A DNA stretch of 64,000 bases from Marsupella aquatica (lineage: Eukaryota; Plantae; Marchantiophyta): positions 3,224,480-3,288,479 of the forward strand of contig OZ316898.1 in assembly GCA_973895155.1 (NCBI GenBank), given 5' to 3'. The notes under the pieces are model-generated. The model made no database searches. It had not been told where the DNA came from and saw nothing but the letters and a program-made list of their open reading frames with translations. Position 1 is the stretch's first letter. Every line of letters begins with the position of its first letter. The translations under genes and the position numbers were made by a program. This document shows positions 26,301 through 36,516 of the stretch, piece after piece.

Positions 26301-27302
26301 CGAGCTCGCTAACCAAAAGTGCCCATATCTTACATATTATCGTTTTCAATTCAGGTGGTTACTCTCATTATGGATGTCTTCTGCAAGGTGGAATTCTCGG
26401 CAAAAGTCCCGAAACATACAGGATATGTTCCAATGACTTCCTCGGAGGATGCCCGCCATAAATCAATGTTGAGTGTTTGCCACCCAAAAACTGATCCCAG
26501 TCCCAGAGCGGCTTTCGCAGGTTCCAATAGATTGTCAGTTGGGTTCATGCAAGCCGTAATGGAGATCCTTACTTTGCCAAAGGACATTGTCATTGACTGG
26601 ACTGTTGGAGATGGAAGTGCTTTTGCCGCTGGGGAATACGCTGGGAGATTTGTTGTGGGTGTTGAAGATCGAGACATTCTTCATCTGTGTGCACAAAGAA
26701 CTTTGGCAAATGTGTTGGATAGACATGCCCAGAAGTTGAAAGGGGCCGCAGACCCGAAGAACGATGATCCCAAAGATGAAGGGTCTGATGATGAGTTCAC
26801 CATCCCAAGAGATGATCAGGGAGGACCTTCAGGCGAGAAGGATGAATTCGACCTGGAGTAAAGCACTTGGCCTTTGATGTAGAACTCCCTATTTGGTGTT
26901 TTTCTTTTGTTTGTAGAATTTTCGGATGTTTAGTATTGATCCGATTCTGGTGATTTCTTCAGTGATAGGCGTTCGGATTGGTTTTCGGAGGAGAGATTCC
27001 GTCTTCGGAAAGAAATCGAGGATCATTTTCTTGTGACCCCTGACAAGGGATTTGCGCTTCCATGCTATGCTGAAAAGACTGCAAAGGAGGTTGATGAAGC
27101 GCCCGTCGTTTTGACTTGGGAGGGGAAAGGTCTGCGGTCAATGAGGGGTGTTCGGAAAGCCCTTTACTGCCCTCAGTTCATAGATGAGGAGGCTGGGACT
27201 GTAGCACAGTATGTTGACGGTTCGGCTGAGGAGACTGATACGGAGTCCAGTAGCGATCCTAGTAATTCCTCAGATGATTTGGAATCAGAGGATTCTCAAT
27301 GA
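23337..27302 (+). pseudogene. MULE cargo gene: ParB/Srx-like N-terminal domain plus C-terminal beta-class N4/N6 DNA-methyltransferase-like domain; exons 23337-24040, 24133-25493, 25579-26261, 26355-26857, 26963-27302 (~1196 codons), one in-frame TAG at 24257-24259
   Basis: Four GT-AG introns (phases 2,1,0,2) stitch five open segments into one frame. VFDGNHRL (D at 23892) is ParB/Srx/DGQHR-like. FMQAVMEILTLPKDIVIDWTVGDGSAFAAGEYAGRFVVGVE follows the N6_N4_Mtase motif X-I-II pattern. MRPMLADDGYVAV follows the 'RvLkpdG' pattern. The motif IV position reads FLPTG instead of DPPY. Confidence 0.7.
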
Positions 27303-28334
27303 CTCATGGTCAATTTCAGATGCAATCTCATTCCAGAAGATATTTGTCATACCAAAGTTTTATTAAAGATGGATTTTGAAAGGTTTTTTGACCTGGTTTT
27401 GTTGTCAGTGATGATGCCTTTTCATTCAGTTCAGTGTAGTGAAGATCTCGATTTTTGAGTTTGTGAATATTTAAGTATCTGCATTTTCGTTTTCCTTAAC
27501 TGTTTCACAATATATATTGACAATCTTACTTGGGAATGCGCCTTAACTACCCTCAAATTACGCGCAAACTTTCCTCGCTAGCCTGCTGTCCTCGCTAGCA
27601 AAACTCCTGTTTGCTCGCACAATAGAATACCTCCAGATTCAATGGGCAGCTAGATAGGTTGAATCAATTGAACCAAACGAGCAGTTATAGGCTGTGCAAC
27701 TAACCCTGTTCGGACTCATTGTGGTCAGGGTGACTCACATGTATATCTTCACCAAGATTTGTTCCAGAATCTCATTGTAACATATATATACTGCACACCT
27801 CTCGTAGGGGTTTAGTGAATACCTTGCCTTGATCTGGTAACAGTGAGTCGACTCCTCTAGCCACCTGCGCTAGCTACATGCACGTACCGTCAACCATCAC
27901 TCCCAGTTCATCGATGCCATTCGTAGAACAACCTGCCAACGTTGTAATCCCATGCTTTTTTTGGCGAAGTGAAGCGGATCTAAGGTCTCAACAATTCAGT
28001 TAATTCCGGCAGCCTGGGCTGAAAACTCCCCATTCTTGCTGACTGTAGCACTTTTTCGAGGCATGCATGAGGTTCCAGGGGTTTAGGCACGGTTTTAGTA
28101 GGATTTTTTGCCCAGGAGCAATTTCAATTCTTGACTTCTCTAAATAGTGAGGTAACTAGCAGAGCGAAATTAGGTTGAAGAAAATTCAGCAGGAACTGTG
28201 TTGGAGCTGGAAGGAAGGGATTCGTATTTGAAGCTTTTGCAAGTCAAGCTTAATCAGCAAACCCGGCACAGCTGCTCGAAGTTCATGACATTCAGTAAGT
28301 TGTGGTCTGGACAAAAGTGGCATATTAAACCAAA

Positions 28335-29114
28335 CTAGCTCAATACTCGTGCGTTGCACAAAAGATGTCGTGTCGGCCAAGATGTCCTTAAGACAAAAGA
28401 TGTCGTGTCAGCCCAAGATGTCGTTAAGAAAATAGAGGTCGTGTCCAGGGTCGTGTTGCCAATGATGTTGTTATGTAAAAGATGTCATTAAAAAAAGAAG
28501 TTGTGTCGTCAAAGAAGTCTTTATGTAAACGATGTCATCAAGTAAGAAGATGTCATTAAAACAAAGAAGTTGTGTCACCAAAGAAGTTGTTATGTGACAG
28601 ATATCCTTAAGAGGATGTCAAGTAAAAATATGTAGTTAAAAAGAGTTGGGCAGGGGAGAAGGGAAGAGGGGGAGAGTGGGGCGAGGCAGGGCCATCCCGG
28701 GTAATCGGGTTGGGGAAGGAGGGTGGTGGGAGGTTGACCGCAAGAATGCGGCAGTCTACGGTCGGCGTGCGGAGCAAGGCGGTAGGGTGGTCGCCCCAAT
28801 CATAGTAGAGGCTGGCCGCACAACATTTTACTTGCCTCCGCTTGGTGCTGTCACCGCAATCAGATGGAAGTTGACCTCAGGAGCTGGTGTGAGGGCCATT
28901 TTTGGTCTCTATTGCTTTGGTTGTTTTCCATACTGAATTTCCTACACCCAAATTGGCCCTGTAAATTCAAATGACAACCATGGCAAAAAAAAGGCACAAC
29001 ACCTTATTATAGTTTTTGATGTTGTCAAATGTGGTTGTCCCTTTATATATGTGTCCCAAAACCCTGTCACCCCAGCCAAGAGTGGTTTGGCCCCCAACTC
29101 CTTGTTATCTCATC

Positions 29115-29149
<35 letters not shown>

Positions 29150-30053
29150 AATTTTGCCAAGTATATTTGTTTTTATAAAATGATTTCATTCATATGAGTA
29201 CCAAGGTGAATGGGTGTATACACTTTCCTTGCATTGCATGCACATTAGGTGTACATTGAGGCAGGGTCAATACAAATAAGACAATGGCTGGGAGGGATTA
29301 GATAAAAGAGTGTATTTTTGAATACTATGATGGCATCAAAAGGAAGTACTTTACCTGCTAAAGTGATGAGGAATATCAAGAAGTATTCTGCTCCCTTCAT
29401 ATTTGCATTGCATGCACATCAGGTGTACATTGAGGCAGGGTCAATACAAATAAGACAATGGCCTGGGAGGGATTAGATAAAAGAATATATTTTTGAATAC
29501 TATGATGGCATCAAAAGGAAGTACTTTACCTGCTAAAGTGATAAGGAATATCAAGAAGTATTCTGCTCCCTTCATATTTTGCTGTGGGTTTATTTTTATT
29601 TGTTCTCTTAGCTTTGCATATTTGATTTCTTTCACTTGGCTTGGAAATGTAAATTTTGAATGACAGATCACTTCAAAAAGTGGCGCAAGTGTGTATTATA
29701 GGAGTTAATTTGTAATTGACATAGATTATCATGGGGGTACTTGATATGAATGTCTAGGTATGGAAAGTACTATGTCTATGCATGGATGGTTTCCTATGCG
29801 TTGATAGTACTATACTTATATGTCCAGAAAGTACTTGATTATTGTGCATTGGTATTCCTGGCATTCCCCTTTATTTCTTGATTGGAAAGCGTGCACTTTT
29901 TACTTCACACTAAACATTATTCAATTTTGGTTTATTCCTTTTGTTTGTCAGATTCTTTGATTTTTGTGCCCTTCAAATTCAAATGACGACCACTGCATAA
30001 AAAGGCGCAACCTTGTATTATAAAAAGGCGCAACCTTGTATTATAGTTCTTGA
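28335..30053 (-). mobile_element. Non-autonomous Helitron (1719 bp)
   Basis: The minus strand starts A|TC (30053) and ends ...GTGCAACGCAC hairpin...CTAG|T (28335), with no TSD. Removing it restores colinearity with the paralogous uninterrupted flank near 1080-1110. It contains AAGATGTCGT-type repeats, a (TA)n tract and a ~175-bp internal duplication. Confidence 0.88.
29118..29147. repeat. (AT)n microsatellite within the Helitron
   Basis: Read directly from the sequence. Confidence 0.9.
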
Positions 30054-30360
30054 TTATAATGCACGAATTAGGCCCAGTTGAGCATTTGCTACAACTCAAT
30101 GGTTTTGGAGCTTAGACCTAATCCTAAAAAAGCAAGTGCTAGTACAGTGTCTAGAAGGGTAGAGAGATTGCTAACATTAATGTGCGATCCTAATTAACGT
30201 TATTTCCCGTGCCATGGCTACACCAGCTGTTACATTCCGAACTTATTGAACTGCCGATTCAAAACGATAACAAAATCGCTCAAACACCTAAGTCTCTAAT
30301 AATCAGTCCTGCCTTTCAGATCCTTGAGGGCGAGACAATCGACATCTCTGAATTTCGAAT

Positions 30361-32481
30361 TCAGAGAATCATGCGCTCGAAGGACCTCTCAAAAGTGACT
30401 GGTGGCATCACAAATTCTTCACCTTTGCCGAAGTTCTTCCCTACTGCCTTCACTTCGATGGTAGTACGTCCGAAATACATTGCGATCTTAATTGTGGGTG
30501 ATTCTCCTAATACATCTTTACTGGGATGCTTCACAATGAAACTGCCTTCTTTGTGTGTGCCTGGCTCTGTCACATATTCTGGATCGGTGTTAGACGTTGA
30601 ATACAGCGAGATATGTGTCTCAGTTTGATTATGGGAACAGGGCAAGAACCTATGGCTCACACAGCAATCTACAAGGACGGTTTCCCCTTTTCTGGTGAAG
30701 ACTTGGAATGTATCATGACAACATGCCTCTCCGTCGTCATCTACAAACATCATCTCTAGTGGGTCACCATGACGAAACAGTCGACAGGCGGCAATTCCGT
30801 AAGTCTTTTTGGAGATACGCGACATTACGAGGTCAGATCCAACTCCAAACGCGACTGCTCCACAACAAATTGCACTTCCCGGCTCCTTAGGAAAAATAAT
30901 TCTTCCGGGTGCCAACCTCTGTGAGTAGACCGCTTGAATTCGTTTTATTAAATATGGCGATGCTGCAAATCCTCCCACCACCATCATGGCCTTCAGGTCC
31001 GGGATCCATTGGGAGTTGATCAGGTCCAAAATTTGATTCACTACGGGATCAAATATACTCAGCATATCTTTGAGGGTCAAGGCTATGGTGTCATACGACA
31101 CATCTGCCTTCGGCAGTCCACTTTTGGAGGCGTCCTCTTCCTCCCATGCCCGAGCCAACTTTGCTGGTAGCTCCAATTCATAATCAAACAGCATCTCACC
31201 ATCAAAATTGCACTTGGTGGTTTCCCACCACGACTGCAATTTGAAGACGCTCTGTGGTTGTGCTGCAGCAAATTTCCCAAAGCTCGTTATGCGCTGGGAG
31301 AGAAATTTCAGAAAACCTTCGTCCACGTAGGTTCCACCGCAAAGCCCACCGGAGCTAGGGGCTACTTCTCGAACTTTGTTACTCCATTCTGAACCAACTT
31401 TCTGGTGCAGAGCGAGGTCCACAGTTCCACCTCCAGCGTCCACCACGAGAAATTTGTCTCCATCCGTGAGAGGAAAATTAGATTTTCGTTGACAGTAAAA
31501 GGAGGCAGCCTCGGGTTCTAGGACAATAATGGCTGGGTGAGGGCTAGCATCCACGTCTTTGCAGTGTGGGCCTTGCACCAAACCAGCAACCTCGGCGCAT
31601 GTCTTCATTTCTTGTTTCGCTTCCTCGTTCCATATCGCGGGCACTGTTATGCACCACTGAACGTCTTCCTTCGAGATATGACTTCCAAGATTTTTCTGGA
31701 GAACGCAGATAATCAACTCCGACAACTTACTCAGATAGTCGGATATAGCTCTTCGCGCAGTGAGTCCTTCCGGAAAGTCGGCTGCAGACGTTTTTCCTGC
31801 AGAAAGAACGATTCACGACTGTCGATGAGCATGTCCAGCTATATCGATCATGCAGGTACATCCATATATATTTCGATTATAAAATTGTTCGTGACCTACC
31901 ATCCTAAATTTGAAAGAAACGATTCAGTGGTATATACTAGTTTCAAGGTAAGTTGATTTGGAAACATTAATTACAAACGGGATGACAAAGTAACTGGAGT
32001 CTGTCTTGTTCATCGCACATTGATCTTGGGGAAACTAAGATTCGATGTAGGACGTACCAGTTCCAGCAAGATGCAGCTTGAAGCGCGTAACGAAATGTTT
32101 ATATCCCTCTGATGGAGTACTGGCCGGGGAACTGTGGACGATTGTCTTGCCACAATTCCTGTTTGTCGCGCTGCATTCTTTAGGAGTTCTCTCATGGGAT
32201 TGTGTGGCTTGAGCATGCTGCACAAGAGCCTCGTGCCCCCATCCTTCTAAGACGATAGAGCCTGAGCTCGAACCTCCTGCACCCGTATTTGAATACAGTA
32301 GGCTCGTCTGAGTTTTACAGTAATTGCTGGCGCCCGCTTCTTTCAGTCCAGGCCACTCAAAGAACAACTGACATTCTTCTGGCTTGGATGCGAGAGCGTA
32401 TGCAAACCCGGAAAACGTAGTTCCAAAGTCGAGTCCTACTACTACGGTAGCGTTGGATCTAGTGATCTTGAGACGATTCAT
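30361..32481 (-). CDS. HSPA12-like atypical Hsp70, copy C; exons 32481-32058 and 31796-30361, ~619 aa
   Basis: Same motifs, same phase-1 intron (32057-31797), exon 2 again 1436 nt. Confidence 0.9.
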
Positions 32482-34655
32482 CTTGAATTTATAGAGCTAC
32501 ACTCGAAATATCAACCAGCAGAGGGCTCGATTGTTTGGTCACTAGCTTGTCACCTTCGTTCTATGTCTGTCGATCGTCCGTTTGTTACTTAGGTGCTGTG
32601 CGTGCAATTCTCAAGATACTCCATAAGTCACGTATTGAATTGGAGTGTTCAACTTGGTCCATAGATATAGCTTCCCGATGGTAAATCCACCTACTTAGAA
32701 ACTATAAGTCTCTACACGCGAACGACTACCCTTGTCCCAAACACTGTTCCAACTCGATCTCATGTTTTGTCCTGTCTTTTTTCTCTTAAGTTAGTTGGGG
32801 AAATCTAGGAAACATAGAGCCACTGATCATGGGAGCACACGATTCAGAATGACCGTCTGATAGCACCCTGAGTCCCACACGTATGATTGTCCTGGGCAAC
32901 ATCCCCGGTGGACTAATGAACCTCCAATCCCATTCATCAACAATAGGGCACTCTACTTCTAGCCAGACCGTTATCATCAGGCGAGTTGTCAAGGTCAGAA
33001 TATCCTTTTCGATTCACTTGTCGTCATCTCGATTCCCTAACAGCGAAAATCTACTTTGGATCCGCACCATGATTGATTGATCGTTAGCGGCACCGAATTT
33101 GAGCAGGGACGTACAGCTGATGTCGATAGATCAGTTTGGATCTATCAAATCACAAATCTCAATCACATTCGATTTGGACAGTAATTCTTGGGTGCGCCAC
33201 GATAGTCCATCTGGCCTTTTCTCGGGATCAAGAACTTGGCATGGTACGAAAACGATCACTCCGACCTACAGCTAGTATTGGTCTATACGCAGTGAAAGAA
33301 TAGTCTATTTTATGATTAGGGTCCACTCCTAGGAGCGAATTTCACGCCTGTTTTGACGCTGTACGGTATTTCCAGAGTGATTCTTCCTCAGACGGGCTGT
33401 CTCTCAGCCGGTAATCCATCGTTGTAAATTTCATTCCTATCTTAGGGTAATAATAGTTGGACAATTTCATGGATTTTGGATCACAGGGTAACCTGTCGTA
33501 GTATGTAGATGCCCGCATCATTTGATTTTGAACAGAATGGAGGTCCAGAACAACTTGTCTGTAACGCAAAAACCTTGAAGCTGGGGAAATTTGAAGTTGT
33601 GATGCAATACGAACAGGAATACACTTGAATCTAAGGATCCAAACTCCAAAGTTGTCCTAAAACCTCATTGATCGGTGCCAGACGTGCACTGTAAATCGGG
33701 TATTTAGTGGTGCTGGATGAGCCAGGGAGTTATCTATCAAACCTCTGTACATGTTAACCATGTTCGTTAATTATGCCTTTTCTCAATGACTGGTATTATC
33801 CCCCATTTCAATGATTTAAATGGACAATTTCTAGCGAGGTCTCTTTTGTCTGAATAAATACTTGCTCCTTTTTCCGAGTTGAAGTACTGTACACATGACT
33901 TCGGCCTTGTATCTTGTACTCCCAAGTGATGTGAGTCCTTGTTTCTCGTATCTTCCAAATCCGGGAGGAATCAATTTCTCTTGTACAACCGCACCGCAGT
34001 TCTAATGAGTACCCTGTTTTCGAGTTGTCGATTCTATTCCCAGATTCGATCTGAAGGCGCTTTTGTACATTTCACATCATGTCGAAATCATCATTCCTTG
34101 CAAAGCGTACTCATTCCGTGAACTTACAGAACTGTAGTAACGAAAATTTAGATTTGGCGTGTTTACGGCCTTTGTATCCAGACCAATGCCAAATGCAACT
34201 TGGCCAGCGTTGCGTGATTGAAGCGTCGTTTCTAGTACAGTCCTGTCTAGCTAGGCAGTGAAATTCTAGAACCCTTCGAGTGGATAACGATGTTTGGATG
34301 TCTGACGATGTGTAGGTTTCAAGAAGACACAGGCGAGGCTTACTAAGTATACGTATACATGACTAACAGGTGAGTAGTTCGTCTTTCAAGGCCTTCAACG
34401 TTCTACAGTCCATATATATCCACTGTTGAATTGTGAATTACGTCTAGCTACTGCAACTCTCCAAAGAATCTTGTGAACCTCTACGTATTTCCTAGAGCGC
34501 TTAAGACTGCGTGAGATCTCTATAGTCTCTCATTCTTCAGGTAACTGAGATTTCCGGTGATTGAAACTCTGGCGGAATCGTACGTTGTGTGTCTTATGAT
34601 GCCTTAATAAATTTGGAGTTTAGAATCTAGTTCCTGTGAGAGCAAGAAGCGCAAA

Positions 34656-36516
34656 ATGGACGAGAGCGGTATTACTTTCACTCGTCAAACACGAGAGACT
34701 GCAGGAGATATATGCTTTGATGCCATACAAGAGGAGCAGCTCATTCTAGTCGACGCTCCATCGGTAATTATCTTATTTGGTTGAGTGATTATTCGATTAC
34801 GAGAATGTACTTTACTCATCGAACTGCAAAGATTAGTTCCTTCAATAAATTGCTTCAGGCGTCGACAAAGATATAATAGGTTGAGGTCAATTTCCGGAGA
34901 TCATTGATCAGGTACGTTTCATGTTTAAGGGAAACAAAGCTGACGATGGCAGATAGCAGGCATCCCATATTCGACGTCTCTAGTTTGTTGCAATACTGGA
35001 CCTGTTTTGCTTTGGACTTCAAAGGACTGAATGATCCGTAGACTGACTAAATGTGGTTGGAGGATCCTGTCGTTTGTTCGGCTGATTGCAGAGTCTCAAG
35101 GACAACGAATCCGAGAGTCTTTCCAACGGTGCACGGACAGATCTGGATGCCGTACCAAGAGAAGCAACCTTTCATGCAACTGCACAGGGTAGGCTCGACG
35201 CGAATATGCTCAAAGCCAGTTTCGAAGGTCTTTTAAATGCAAATTTGAAGGTCAATGAAGACTTGAACGCGATCTTTCAAAAACGGGAGTTTGAGTTCCA
35301 GGAGCAGAAGCAACTGGTTTTTCAATCAAGGCAAGAGAACCAGAAGCTCCGTGAACTCCTGATCACCGAACATCATTGTCGCACTACGCAGGTCGTGGAG
35401 TTCCAGAAAACGATGTGTGTAATCAAAGATGAGATTGCACAGGTACGCCAAGACGTGAACAATGTACCTGCTATTTTCGAGGATAGTTTGGTAACCACCA
35501 TAGAGACGGCGATTGGTCAGCTATTTCGTGATCAATTACGACTGGATAAAGATCTTCGCAAGTGTCGCATCCAGCTCGAGTCCGCTACGAACGACGTCAA
35601 TCGTAAGACCAGTGAAAGTGAAGAGTTGATGAAATACATTACGTTGCTCGAAGAAACTAACAGTAAATTAGAGCAGAGAGCTGAAAAGATTCAACAAGAG
35701 CTTTGCAAGGAGAAGGAAGGTCATCACGGATCCTATATCGATGGCTCGCCGACGCCCTCTGTTTGGGAGTCCATGGCCAAAGAGACGTTTTCTTCAATTG
35801 CTGTATTCAGTGGAGTGCTATCCAAATACCAAGATTCGAACGGGGACAACCCCGCCCACTCTGGGATTGTTGGTACTGGGATTTTGAGAAGTGTACGCAT
35901 CGCGCGAGACCATCACTGGACATATTTGTTGAAGTATGTCATTTGCAACGCCCTGTTTAAAGACTTTGAGTATGAGACTTTTCTATGGTCCGATTCCAGA
36001 GTGCTGTTTCTGGATCAAGAGGAAAGAGTCAGTAAATGTTTGGAATACTATAATAAAAGCATAAACGAAGGGTCTTCGAAGAAGGCCCCTGCCTGTACTG
36101 CACCAGGCGATAGATTTGAATTCTTATTTAGCCACTACTTCATAAATCTCATTCCTCTTTTCTCGAGATTTTTACCGCCGGAATTTCACGAGCTAAGCAG
36201 GGCATTCAGAACTTATGATGAATTCATCGGGATTGCTTCCAACACAACAAAGTCAGATATCCCTGCTGACCAGCGGCCTCTCCTGGTTAGCCTTATTTTC
36301 GCGGCTAAAAAGGTGTGGGACTTTCACAAGCTCTGTTTGTCATTTGTCCCTCCTGCGACTATATTCGGAGTGTCACCCGGGGATCCCTTCAATGCCGATT
36401 ACATGGAGAGCGTTGACACACCAGACCAAAACACTGTCCCAACAGTCGGCTTTATGGTGTATCCTGGATTCCGGCTGCGGAAGTCAATCATAAAATGTCA
36501 AGTATATTTACGTTGA
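34656..36516 (+). CDS. Coiled-coil protein with GIL1/IRKI-type (GrpE-head-like) C-terminal domain, copy C; exons 34656-34763 and 35092-36516, ~510 aa
   Basis: Paralog of 14473-16368. Exon 1 (MDESGITFTRQTRETAGDICFDAIQEEQLILVDAPS) differs from copy B by an in-frame 3-nt indel; splice sites are the same. Confidence 0.8.

Larger units (their letters stand above)
17336..26313. promoter_or_regulatory. Dispersed palindromic sites CTAGCGA-NN-TCGCTAG, restricted to non-coding parts of the MULE
   Basis: Perfect arms at 18509-18526, 18651-18666, 20556-20575, 22837-22856 and 22933-22950. Near-perfect at 17336-17351, 18781-18796, 24098-24115 and 26296-26313. Half-sites CCTCGCTAGC near both termini. Function is inferred only. 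Confidence 0.7.
17140..27633. mobile_element. Mutator-like (MULE) DNA transposon, ~10.5 kb, short imperfect TIRs, 9-bp TSD, with transposase and cargo genes
   Basis: TSD CAGATTCAA at 17131-17139 and 27634-27642. A perfect 14-bp inverted repeat GTGCGAGCAAACAG (17153-17166 / 27607-27620) sits symmetrically 13 nt inside G...C termini. An internal DDE+SWIM transposase is present. Confidence 0.88.

Noticed and set aside
17127-27642. 13-bp direct repeat CCTCCAGATTCAA as the TSD
   Set aside because: Symmetric placement of the inverted repeat puts the termini at 17140 and 27633, giving a canonical 9-bp TSD. The extra 4 bp belong to the right terminus and probably match by chance.
28360-28620. Regularly spaced AAGATGTCGT repeats resembling a CRISPR array
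   Set aside because: Eukaryotic context, degenerate short units without unique spacers, no cas genes; they lie inside a Helitron.
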